A stretch of DNA of 64,000 bases, from contig CAWJLW010000010.1 in the NCBI GenBank assembly GCA_963843795.1, positions 124,001-188,000 of the forward strand. The letters run 5' to 3'. The position numbers and the translations under genes were made by a program. This stretch comes from an uncultured bacterium (GTDB lineage Bacteria > Armatimonadota > Abditibacteriia > Abditibacteriales > Abditibacteriaceae). The first letter of the stretch is position 1, and each line of letters begins with the position of its first letter. Positions 42,565 to 52,185 of this stretch are shown in pieces. The notes under the pieces were generated by a model. It was not told the DNA's origin and searched no databases. It saw only the letters and a program-made list of their open reading frames with translations.

Positions 42565-42697
42565 GAAAGTCGAACCTGCTGGAAATTTTTCATAATCAAC
42601 CAGTCGTTGCCACCCCTTTTCTCACGTTTGCCTCATAATGAGTATTCGTTATGAGTATTCGTTTTAGGCGGATGCATCGCAATTTTACCATGTTAAG

Positions 42698-42763
42698 CAC
42701 GCTGTAAAACCAAAAAACGCACTTGCAAGTACTTGCAAGTGCGTTTTTTGGTTTTACAGCGTG
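42698..42763. terminator. 66-bp perfect, loop-less palindrome centred on the core motif
   Basis: cacgctgtaaaaccaaaaaacgcacttgcaagt|acttgcaagtgcgttttttggttttacagcgtg, 2 nt after the GH16 gene stop. Confidence 0.75.
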
Positions 42764-42765
42764 TA

Positions 42766-45700
42766 TTAAGACGCAGCGAATGCCGAATAACCATCGGCCA
42801 ACAACATGCCACGCGTATCGCGCACGCCTTTCCAAGTCACTTCAACACGCGCGCCGGTTGGAATTTCAGTAGCGACAATCAAAGATAAACGATTGCCAGT
42901 GGCCTCGTAGCTTTTATCAATTACCTCGACATCGACGCCATTAATGCGCACACGGAAAGTCGCCGCATCACGCAGCGAAGCGATTTGCAGCGGGCCACTG
43001 AAATTTAAATCAGTCGCTCTGTCCGCAAGACGAGTAGCGACACTTGACAAGCGCACGCCAGAGAACTGCGGCTGGGATGTATCAGCTTTCAAAGTCAGCG
43101 CCTGACGGGCGATGGTTTGGTTGCCGGCGCGGTCGGTGGCGATTGCCAGCAATTGATACTCGCCCGCTTCGAACGCGCTTTGTGGCGGCCCGCCCGCTCG
43201 CAGAACCCAATAAGCGCCGCCGTATGCGGTTTGCAAGCGTACCAGAGCGCGGCTCCATTCGCGGCCATTCCAATAGGCGCCATCGCTGGCGCGCTGAATC
43301 GCCATTTCGACTGCACCTAAGCCATTGGAATCGACCGCACGCACCGCGTAAATCAAAGATTGGCCAAGTGAACTTTCGCGCGCAGAAGGCGAAGCCCACG
43401 CCAGTTGCGGCGGTGTGGCGTCTATGCGCACGCCAATGATATTCAAGCCACGATTGCCCGCCTTATCAAATGGCCACACAGCCATACGATACAAACCATC
43501 GGGCAAATTTGCGCCAACGGGCACAGTGTTGTAACCCCAATTGTGGCCATCGCTAAGCGCAGGCACGCGCTGCAAATCGGCCTCCCAGCTATTACCCGAC
43601 CAAGTTTTGCCATCAAATCGCTGAATTGTTACCAGAGCGCCCGTCACTCCACTGCCGCCCGCATTATCGGCCATTTGTCCGCGCAAAGCCGGCAAAGCCC
43701 GCAGAATATCGCCATTTTTCGGCGCTGCGAAATTGCCGGTCGGAGCCACGCGATCTGGTACCGGCGTCGGCGTGGGCGCTACAGTGGGAACCGGTGTCAC
43801 GGTTGGCAAAGGCGTCGGCGTGGGCGCGGCATCAAGAACAGTAAATTGCAACACCGGTGAAGTGGAAATATTGCCCAGCACATCGGTCGCAGTCGCGGTC
43901 AGGACATAAGGGCGCGAAAGTGCCGGCAAATTACCTTCTAATCTCCAAGTCTCTCCATTGAGCGTAGCAGGGAAATTCGTGATTTGGTTCGCGAACGTCG
44001 CACCGTTCCAATACTGACCGTAAACTGCAATTGCGACCTGCACGCTGGCCACGCCACTGGCGTCGCTGACGGTGCCGCTGACATTTTTCCAAGTTCCTGC
44101 GGGCAACTGCGCATTTGGGGCGGGCGCGGTGATAGCGATAGCTGGGCCGCTGCGGTCAAGCGTCCATTTCACGCTCGCGGTACCTTCATTGCCGATAAAA
44201 TCGCGTGCTGTCACGACGGCGGTGTAAGTTCCATCTTCCAAAATGGGCAATGCCAGCGACCAATTATCACGTCCGGTTGCTGACAACGCGAACGCATCGG
44301 CTGTCCAAGCGGTGCCATTCCAATACAAATTATCGACTGCGCGCTGCAAAGTCGCCTTCACGACATCAACTCCCGGAGGTGCGTCCTGAGCAGTGCCGCT
44401 CAAAAGCGTTGGAGCCAGATTGGTCGCGCCAGTAGCGGGGCTGCTGATTGTGACGGTGGGCTTGGTGTTGTCGAGATAAAACGCGGCAGGCGCGGATATG
44501 GTCTGGTTGCCAGCCACATCGATCGCGATAGCGCGCAGTGTGTAAAATCCGTCGCTGAGAGCGGGCAAATCCCACGTCCAGTTTTGTGTACCAAGAGCGG
44601 GAACGCGGACCAAGTCGGCTGTCCAGTTGCGTCCGTCCCAATTGAAGTTGTCGCTGTTGCGCGTCAAACGCATTTGCACCAGAGCCACGCCCGAACCGCT
44701 ATCCGCAGCCAGACCGCGCGCTTGACTGAGGCCGCGATATGAATAGGTATCGACCGGTTCGCTAATGCTCACGGTCGGCGCGCTTTTATCCAGTGTGAAA
44801 GTAATGGCCGCCGATTGCGCCGTATTGCCCGCGTTATCGGCAGCAAAGGCGCGAAACGCGTAAGTGCCGCTGTCAAGTGCGCCGACATCCAAACTCCATG
44901 CGCCGCTGTTTTGCGCCAAATTCAAATTGAACGCGCCGCTTATCCAGGTGCTGCCGTTCCAAAATCTGCCGTCGCTGTTGCGCGTCAAGCGACCGGTCAA
45001 GGAAGCCAGGCCACTGCCCCCGCTTTCGCTGAACGTGCCACTAATTTGTGCCAGCGCAGCCAGGGTTTGATTATCCGCAGGCGAAGTCACGCTCACAACC
45101 GGCGCTTGAGAATCGTAAATGATGGTATAGGTCGCATCGGCAATAACGCTGGGCACAAAACCGTCTTTCCAGGCGCGTGCCCTCAAACGTCGAGTGCCGT
45201 CGATGCGAATGAAACTGCCGCTGGTGATAATTGCATCGGTGAGTTTGGGTTCGCTGCCATCGAGCGTGTAACGAATCTGAGCGCCCACTTCGCTATCGGA
45301 AACGGTCACGTTTTGCGCACTATAGTAGGTGCCGCCAGCAGGATTAAAGCTCGGCGTGGCCACGACTGGCGCGTAAAGCTGAGTTTGCGGCACTAATTGC
45401 AGCGGCGTAGAATTGCTGCTCCAACTGAGTTGAACTTTGGCATCCGCGCCGGTATGGCCATATTCCAGTGTGATTGGGTAGCGTTGTCCAGCTACCAAAT
45501 TAATCGTGCCAGTAGAAATTCTTTGTGCGTTTCCATAATCGACATTATTAATGAGAGTGGTGTTGCCAATGCGTAGCGTGGCGCGGCCATCATGCAGAAA
45601 AGAAAAAGTGTAGTTTTCTGTGAACTGCGCTTGAATCTCGCCCTGCCAGCGCGCGCTCCAAGTGTTATCGGAATTGTCCAGACGCGTTCTATCGGGCGAA

Positions 45701-46737
45701 TAAGTGCCCCAGAAGTAATTGATGCGTGGGGAAACCGAAGCAAATTGGGGCGATGTAAAGTCGGGGTTGGCGAAGTAGTTTCCCGTCAATCCCTGACCTG
45801 TTCCGCTCACCCCGCTGTTATCAGGAGATAATTGGCGCACGCGCACGTAATCGACATCAAAGTAATAATTCCGGTTCTGAGCGGGATCCGAAGTGGGTGT
45901 AAAGCTTGGATGTGCCGCCTCGGCCCAGCTATTGGCCTGCCAGATATTGAAACACAGGCTCATCGGATTATCGGGCATAAGCTGCGTTTCAGTACGCACC
46001 AAATGGTCGTTCACCCACCACTGCACGCGGTCGTTGAGCCAACGCACTGTGTAAGTGTTCCACGTATTTTGATTAAGAGTCGGTTGCGCCAAACCTTGTT
46101 CATCGGTGCCCTGCACTAAGGGCTGAGTCGGCTTGTCCACGCCATAATCATTCCAGATATTAAGCCACAACTTGGTTTGACGTTGCGGATCGTTAATATA
46201 GTTGGACAGAAATTCATAGTCCAATTCTTCCTGATCGAAATCGGCGTTGAAGTCGCGCTTGCGATAAGTAAAAAACGCAAACACCAAACCACGCGGCACA
46301 TTGGTTCCGCGCACGCGCGCTTCAAATTCGACGCCCTGCCCCATCCCATACTCGGCTTTCGACCAAATTTCGCTGCCCAGTGTGCGCTGTCCGGTTTGGA
46401 CCGGACTGTAAGTATCCAATCCCAAACGAGCGAACGCGTTGCCACTTTCGCTGAGAATCGAGGGCGTTTTACCAAAAATCGTGGCCTGAATATTCCAGCT
46501 ATTGTCGTGCACATCCCACACGTTCGTATCCAGCGTGTTGAAATCGTCGCGAAACAATTGCTGCGTGTTTTGTTGCTGCGACGGCGGCCTCAGTTCCCAC
46601 GCGGGAACCGTTTGCGCACGCGCAACGCGCGCACCACTCACAGCCGCCACAACGCACGCTGCAAGTACCTGTAGCGCGCGCTTCCACCCATTGGGTCGAT
46701 TGCAACCATTGCGATAATTCATAAAGTAATCTTGCAC
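42766..46737 (-). CDS. Secreted multidomain GH16 glycoside hydrolase: GH16 + PA14 + chitobiase/Fn3-like + tandem Ig-like modules + C-terminal domain
   Basis: GH16 motif EELDYEF, PA14 GLTGNYF...WSARWQGEI, IRYTLDGSEP, about six D..AP...SG...A.D.AGN modules and a PT linker. Confidence 0.87.
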   Translation of the reverse strand: MQDYFMNYRNGCNRPNGWKRALQVLAACVVAAVSGARVARAQTVPAWELRPPSQQQNTQQLFRDDFNTLDTNVWDVHDNSWNIQATIFGKTPSILSESGNAFARLGLDTYSPVQTGQRTLGSEIWSKAEYGMGQGVEFEARVRGTNVPRGLVFAFFTYRKRDFNADFDQEELDYEFLSNYINDPQRQTKLWLNIWNDYGVDKPTQPLVQGTDEQGLAQPTLNQNTWNTYTVRWLNDRVQWWVNDHLVRTETQLMPDNPMSLCFNIWQANSWAEAAHPSFTPTSDPAQNRNYYFDVDYVRVRQLSPDNSGVSGTGQGLTGNYFANPDFTSPQFASVSPRINYFWGTYSPDRTRLDNSDNTWSARWQGEIQAQFTENYTFSFLHDGRATLRIGNTTLINNVDYGNAQRISTGTINLVAGQRYPITLEYGHTGADAKVQLSWSSNSTPLQLVPQTQLYAPVVATPSFNPAGGTYYSAQNVTVSDSEVGAQIRYTLDGSEPKLTDAIITSGSFIRIDGTRRLRARAWKDGFVPSVIADATYTIIYDSQAPVVSVTSPADNQTLAALAQISGTFSESGGSGLASLTGRLTRNSDGRFWNGSTWISGAFNLNLAQNSGAWSLDVGALDSGTYAFRAFAADNAGNTAQSAAITFTLDKSAPTVSISEPVDTYSYRGLSQARGLAADSGSGVALVQMRLTRNSDNFNWDGRNWTADLVRVPALGTQNWTWDLPALSDGFYTLRAIAIDVAGNQTISAPAAFYLDNTKPTVTISSPATGATNLAPTLLSGTAQDAPPGVDVVKATLQRAVDNLYWNGTAWTADAFALSATGRDNWSLALPILEDGTYTAVVTARDFIGNEGTASVKWTLDRSGPAIAITAPAPNAQLPAGTWKNVSGTVSDASGVASVQVAIAVYGQYWNGATFANQITNFPATLNGETWRLEGNLPALSRPYVLTATATDVLGNISTSPVLQFTVLDAAPTPTPLPTVTPVPTVAPTPTPVPDRVAPTGNFAAPKNGDILRALPALRGQMADNAGGSGVTGALVTIQRFDGKTWSGNSWEADLQRVPALSDGHNWGYNTVPVGANLPDGLYRMAVWPFDKAGNRGLNIIGVRIDATPPQLAWASPSARESSLGQSLIYAVRAVDSNGLGAVEMAIQRASDGAYWNGREWSRALVRLQTAYGGAYWVLRAGGPPQSAFEAGEYQLLAIATDRAGNQTIARQALTLKADTSQPQFSGVRLSSVATRLADRATDLNFSGPLQIASLRDAATFRVRINGVDVEVIDKSYEATGNRLSLIVATEIPTGARVEVTWKGVRDTRGMLLADGYSAFAAS

Positions 46738-46971
46738 GACAATTTTCTACCGGTAATTCCAAATAATAACTGCAAGGCATTGGCCAAGCGAAAGTAACAA
46801 CCAATGCGTGGCAAGTAGTTGCAGCGCAACGGGCACTGTCAAAATTTCGCGTTCAACGCAAAATCAAAAGTGTTGCGTCATGCAAACACCAAAAAGTGTT
46901 GGGAATTTTCCTGCTCCTTTCACGTTTGAAATCATGTCAGGTTGAGTAAAATTTGGCAACCCAAAACGCAA

Positions 46972-47001
46972 AACGCCGCTGCAAGTACTTGCAGCGGCGT
47001 T
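46972..47001. terminator. 30-bp perfect palindrome centred on the core motif
   Basis: aacgccgctgcaagtacttgcagcggcgtt, 20 nt past the stop at 47022. Confidence 0.6.
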
Positions 47002-47021
47002 CTTGATGAATTGGTGCGGCA

Positions 47022-48506
47022 TTACGAACCGCGTGATTTTTGGTAGTTCCACACTAGGTCATCGGACATGGTGGGCACTGGTTTTTGGCGATAGGTGGTG
47101 CGTTCGCGCGCTTGATTTTGACCGCCATCATCAGCGCGATTGGGGCCAACGCTGTACAACGTGAACGATTTTCCATTGCTATGATAGGTGAATGGCTTGG
47201 CGTTATACGGGTCGGGCAAAAGCGGTTCGTTCCACGCCGTCGCCGCGTCTTGCAAATTCGCCGGATAAGCGCCGTTGTGGGCGGCGCGAAAAGCGGAAAT
47301 AGCGAGGGCGTTTTGGCGCTGGCAGCGCGCGACTTCAGCGGCATCACGCAGTTCAGTGGCACGCGAAAATTCGAATACTAACGACTTGGTAAACAACGCA
47401 TAGAACGGTGCTTGCTCTTGAAGATTAGGAGCCGGTGGACTTGTTTTCAAAGGGACGTGTAATGGCGGCAGCGATTGCATACGATTTTTCCAGAAGCGCA
47501 AAGCGTAGATTTCATCCAACTTGAAAAACGGTGACCACAAAAAGGATAGCGGTCTCGAAGCCCGCTGCGAAAATTGTAGCCTCTCGTCTGCGCCGGAAAG
47601 TCCTGCAATGGGATTGACAGCCGTTATTTCAAAACCGTAAATTCCCATAGCGCGCTCGGCCAAATACGCTCGGCGCACATCTTCACTCCAATCGCGACTT
47701 GGCAGACTGGCCTCGAAAGCCCGCGCCTGTACCGCGTTCTGTGGTTGAACTTCCAACACTTGAGCCAAAGTTTTGTCAGCCGTGCTACTAATAGAACGGG
47801 ATACGAAAAAACTGATGGATATAGCATCACTGGTCACATGATCGCTCATGCGATAAGCCGCTCGTAGATTTTCCAGAGCCGCTGCGCCATTACCATCGCG
47901 GGCTTCTTGCAACGCTTGCAAGCAGAGAAAACGCCCCAGAGAAGTCATTTCACCGTATTGCGGGTACAAGATCGCGTACGGCATCTTGTTCTCCCAGCTA
48001 CTGTTAAAGCGACAGAAAGGACGCGCCGCAGCCTCGCGCGCCATCGAAAGTGCTTTTTGGTTGTGTTCCAGAATCTCACGAACGCGGGCCTCTGATGGCG
48101 TTTTTTGCACCTTCGGCAGTGGCCTTTCTGTGCCCAGCGCATCATAGATTTCCCGATATTCTGTATCCGAAACCTGTCGCGCCGCATAAGCCTTACGGTA
48201 CAGCGGCGCTGCGTTTTGTGCTTCTGGCACCGGCGGCGGCGCCATTTCAAGGTACTTTAACGGCTCGCCTTTGGCACGAATCGCCGCCAACTCACGATTG
48301 AGCAACACCGAAGCATAGATATTCAAGCCCGCGTGCGCGACGGCCAAAATCAGCAACAAAATCAACGCGCCGCGCCGCATTTTCTTCAAGCCGCGCCCAA
48401 TTTTCTTCACACCGCGTCCCAAAGGCGCGCCGATAATACGAAAAGTGGGGAAATTGGTTGGTTGCATTTCGTTCAAATCAAGCTGAGTTTCTTTCTTCTT
48501 CATCAT
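47022..48506 (-). CDS. Membrane-anchored helical hypothetical protein with pseudopilin/T2SS-G-like C-terminus
   Basis: Single N-terminal transmembrane helix, QNAAPLY and C-terminal GAYPANL...DPY...FTLYSVGPNRADDGG. Third gene of the ECF unit. Confidence 0.7.
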   Translation of the reverse strand: MMKKKETQLDLNEMQPTNFPTFRIIGAPLGRGVKKIGRGLKKMRRGALILLLILAVAHAGLNIYASVLLNRELAAIRAKGEPLKYLEMAPPPVPEAQNAAPLYRKAYAARQVSDTEYREIYDALGTERPLPKVQKTPSEARVREILEHNQKALSMAREAAARPFCRFNSSWENKMPYAILYPQYGEMTSLGRFLCLQALQEARDGNGAAALENLRAAYRMSDHVTSDAISISFFVSRSISSTADKTLAQVLEVQPQNAVQARAFEASLPSRDWSEDVRRAYLAERAMGIYGFEITAVNPIAGLSGADERLQFSQRASRPLSFLWSPFFKLDEIYALRFWKNRMQSLPPLHVPLKTSPPAPNLQEQAPFYALFTKSLVFEFSRATELRDAAEVARCQRQNALAISAFRAAHNGAYPANLQDAATAWNEPLLPDPYNAKPFTYHSNGKSFTLYSVGPNRADDGGQNQARERTTYRQKPVPTMSDDLVWNYQKSRGS

Positions 48507-48525
48507 TCACCTCATCCAACATTAT

Positions 48526-48897
48526 TCAGCGTGCCATTTCATTCGGCTCGGTCGTTAAACCGCTGAGCAAAAAAGTCCGCTCGCGCATATCACCGCGCCA
48601 GCTAAACGCCGCCAACGCGCCCGGCGCAGCGCTATCTTCTTCGGCCACGCGCAGCGGTGTTGACGCGCGGCCATCATTCACCCAGTGCGCACTTTGCACA
48701 TCGAGTTGCCCGACGATTAGCCAGTGCAGCGCGCACACGGCGAAAACTGCGCCCCACAAAGTGCGCTGCGTGCGACGATATTTGCGTTCGCGCGCCTCAC
48801 ATTCCAAACGACAGCGCCGCAACGTTTCGTCTTGGAGCGCGGGCGGCAAAACCGGCGCGGCGTTTTGCAGAGCGTTTTCGATTTGGATTTCATTCAT
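48526..48897 (-). CDS. Putative anti-sigma factor (single transmembrane helix)
   Basis: Overlaps the stop of the ECF sigma gene. Short cytoplasmic N-terminus plus one transmembrane helix. Confidence 0.6.
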   Translation of the reverse strand: MNEIQIENALQNAAPVLPPALQDETLRRCRLECEARERKYRRTQRTLWGAVFAVCALHWLIVGQLDVQSAHWVNDGRASTPLRVAEEDSAAPGALAAFSWRGDMRERTFLLSGLTTEPNEMAR

Positions 48898-49535
48898 GGT
48901 GGGCCTCTTCGCACCATTGGCGCAGTCGTGCGATTCCGTAGCGATAACGGCTCATCGCCGTGTTGGGCGAAATTTTCAGCAGTTTGGCAATTTCAACAAA
49001 AGTCATTTCCTGCCACACTTTGAGCGCGATCACTTCGCGCTGTTCGAGCGGCAAACGGTTCAACATCCGTTGCCAATCTTCGGCTTCAAAACACACGTGG
49101 TCATCATGTTTTTCCCAAGTGACCGCGTTTAAATCTGCGTTTTCCAAAGGACGTTCGCGCGGTCGTTGGCGCAAAATCGTCAGCGCGTGGTTGCGCGCCA
49201 TCACCAAAAGATAAGCCCGCAATTCGCGCACGCGGCGCGGATTGCGTGGTCGCCAATTTGACGAACACGCTTTGCAGTGCGTCTTCGGCATCAGCGCCCG
49301 CGCCCAAAAGCGCCACCAGAACTCGATACAAAGCGGTCGCGTGGCGCTGATAAATTTCACCCAGGGCTTCACTCTCACCCGCATTCAAACGCGCTAAGAG
49401 TTCGCTATCGGTCGGCGCAGCTTGAATTTCGCTATCGGTCGTAATTTCCTCAGTTGCGTGCGCGATAGAATGTCGGTGCGTGGCTTCGAGATGGGCGTTC
49501 AAAGTGATGCCGATGGTTTCGTCCTCCACCTTCAA
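48890..49535 (-). pseudogene. ECF RNA polymerase sigma factor, frameshifted near 49248 (possible sequencing indel)
   Basis: The start of region 2 (ALGEIYQRH...DAEDALQSVFVKL) is in ORF 49104..49535. The remainder (LRAYLLVMARN...LPLEQREVIALK...EIAKLLKISPNTAMSRYRYG) is in ORF 48890..49384. Removing one base in TTG GCG ACC A CGC joins them. Confidence 0.82.
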
Positions 49536-49619
49536 GACGCTGCAACGTGGATGTTTCGTCTAACTCAGCAAATTTTTATTTTGAGCTTGGTTTTCGCGCT
49601 GCAAGTACTTGCAGCATCA

Positions 49620-50561
49620 TTATCGCAGCGGAAACGCCACGCGCGCTGCGAAAACAAAAAACGAAACCGTGAAAGCCGATAACAATGTCGTGTAGAAAAC
49701 CGTCGCGGCGGCGAAATCGCTTTCGTTGTCATATTCCAACGCGATGAGCGCGGAATTGACCGCTGTGGGGAACGAAACCGAGACGAGCAGCGATTGCGCC
49801 AAATGGCCGCGCACGCCCAAGAGCCACACAACCGCCCAACCGATGAGCGGCACGATAACCAGACGCAAACCGACCGCTAAAATCAAGGCGCGATGCACGC
49901 GGTGCGAGCGCAGTTGCGCCATCTGTGCGCCTAAAGTAATCAAAGCAACCGGCACTAAACCGCCGGAAATGAAATGCAGCGCTTCATTGACCGGCGGCAG
50001 CATTTGCCAGCCGCTCCAGCGCCAGGTCCACGCGCCGACTAAAACGTAAACCATCGGCAAACGCGCGACGGCGGCGACGGTGTGACGCCAATCGCGGCCT
50101 TCGCGCCCGCCCGCGTGCAAAGCGACGCCGATGGTGAACGTGGTCACGTTTTGCAGCATAATCACAATCGCCTGCACCGCGACCGCGAGCGCGGCCAAAG
50201 CCGGATTGGCGCCGAAAGCGAGTTGCGCGGCGGGCACGCCGTAATTGCCGGAATTGTAGAATAAAACCGAAGCCGTGAGCGCGCGCTGGATGCGCGGCGG
50301 CGCTTTGATCCAGCGCGCGGCGTGCCACGACAAAACGCCGCTAATGACGAAAACGATGGCGAAATGCAGCGCGATAAGGCCGATGTCGCGCGCCTGCAAA
50401 TTCGATTCAACAATTTTCACCCACAAAAATGCGGGCACAAAAACCCAAAAATTCAAGCGCGTCAAAGTCGCGCTGTCCAAACCGAGCCGCTTCTGCACCG
50501 CCCAACCGACGCCCATCATCAGAAAAATCGGCGCGATAACCCGCCAGACAATATCGAACAT
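49620..50561 (-). CDS. AEC (auxin efflux carrier) family transporter
   Basis: LNFWVFVPA, YNSGNYGVP, PVALITLGAQ and PTAVN; about ten transmembrane helices. Confidence 0.88.
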   Translation of the reverse strand: MFDIVWRVIAPIFLMMGVGWAVQKRLGLDSATLTRLNFWVFVPAFLWVKIVESNLQARDIGLIALHFAIVFVISGVLSWHAARWIKAPPRIQRALTASVLFYNSGNYGVPAAQLAFGANPALAALAVAVQAIVIMLQNVTTFTIGVALHAGGREGRDWRHTVAAVARLPMVYVLVGAWTWRWSGWQMLPPVNEALHFISGGLVPVALITLGAQMAQLRSHRVHRALILAVGLRLVIVPLIGWAVVWLLGVRGHLAQSLLVSVSFPTAVNSALIALEYDNESDFAAATVFYTTLLSAFTVSFFVFAARVAFPLR

Positions 50562-50645
50562 ATTCTAATTTTCAATTTCACGCAGCGATTAATAATGAAC
50601 GTCGCAAGTATCTTGCAGGAGAGTTTAAACTGCGCGTTTCATTTT

Positions 50646-52035
50646 ATGCTCGTTACTCAAGTCTCGCTTCGCCCCACAGATGCCGCCGAAAACGCCGGAC
50701 GGCCTGCGCTCACACCCGAATTATTGGCCGCGACGGGCGCGCGCTATTCGCGCAGCAATCAAGGTTTGCAGTCGATAATCGACAAAATTGATCCCGACAA
50801 TCTCGATGCTTCGGTCGATGGCATTTTCAAAATGCTCGATTACGGCCATCAATCCATTGCCGATATGGCGCCCGTCGCAATTTTTATGGACGGAATTTCG
50901 CTGCATCTCGCTTATTTCGTGTGGAGTTTGTGCCCGACCGCAGCCGGTCAGGAATCGTCCACGCGCTACATCAACTACGCGGGAATGCAAGATTTGAATG
51001 CCGTCGAAAACGAAGAATGGCGCGCGGCGATGGCGCAAGCCGTTCGCGCATTACGAGCGCGCCTTAGAAATCTGGACGCGCGTGGCGCACCAATTTCCCA
51101 CGCGCACGCGCATTCCGCAAGCTCTCCGCGACGATCCTAACAAAGCAAAAGCAGTGGCGCGCATGGAGCGCAATTTCGCCTTCGACCGCGCGCGCGTTTT
51201 TCTGCCCGCAGCCGCGCCAACCAATATGATGCTGGTGATGCCCGCGCGCGGTTGGGCGCAATTGTGCGCGCATCTCAGTTCGTTTCCGCTGCCCGAAGCG
51301 CAACAATTGGCGGCGCAAATTCGCCCCGAATTGGCATTGGCCGCGCCGCGTTTGGTGAAACACGCGAATGCGAAAAGTTCACTGCAAAGTGGCTGGCAAC
51401 AAGAGATTGAGCGTTGGCAAAATCTGGCGCAAACGCCCTGCAAGTACTTGCAGAGCGCATGTGAGGGCGAACATCCGCCGACGCCGCATCTGCAAGTACT
51501 TGCAACGCCCGATACGGAGTTTTCGCCGGTCAAAGATTTACAATTTCACGATAATCGTTATGGCTGGATCGGTTCGGGTTTGGCGCGCACCAGCGTGCGT
51601 TTCAGTTGGGAAGCGGTTGCGCTGGCGGAAATCCGCGACCTCAATCGCCATCGCACCGGCACCAAATGGTGCCCGCCCGTGCCGCAGGGATTTTATGCTG
51701 CGTTGGACGAATGGCCAGAAAACTGGCCGGACGGCGATGAAGATTTGCAAACATTGCAGCAGGCCGCAAAGTTTGGCGCGCAAATGTCGGCGCGTTCGCG
51801 CGAGTTAATGGGTGAAGGCGAGATCAGCGCGGTGTATTGGAATCTGCTGGGCACGCAGTTTCCCTTTGAACACACGACAACTGCCGACAAGTTTTTGTAT
51901 GAAGCCGAACTGCGCACTGGCGTCGGCGCGCATTATCGTTACGCGCGCCATCTGCGCGATGCGTTGCAGCTTTGGTATGAAGAATTTCCCGAAACGCGCG
52001 GGCTGGTGTTGGAAGGCAGCGCGGAACCGGAGTGA
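50646..52035 (+). pseudogene. thyX: Tandem-domain ThyX-like FAD-dependent thymidylate synthase, frameshifted near 51041 (possible sequencing indel)
   Basis: The first half has ARYSRS, YGHQSIAD and ESSTRY. The second half has FDRARVFLP...TN, RDLNRHR and ELRT...H..Y. Removing one base in CAA GCC G TTC joins the frames. Confidence 0.65.
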
Positions 52036-52185
52036 CGGAAGTTAAAAGGACGGAAGTTAAAAGTTGGAATGTAAAAAGTAAATTTTTTGGAGCTTGAATG
52101 AGTTCTGGTAACGCTTTGCAAGTACTTGCAGGAGAGCGCGAACGCCAAAGGTAAAATCCCGAATTTCACTTTCCAATTTCCGTCG
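52034..52185. repeat. Intergenic short-tandem/inverted-repeat patch enclosing a core motif, between convergent genes
   Basis: Perfect 15-bp tandem gacggaagttaaaag x2 (52034-52063), inverted ttccgtc at the other end and TGCAAGTACTTGCA at 52117. Confidence 0.55.
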
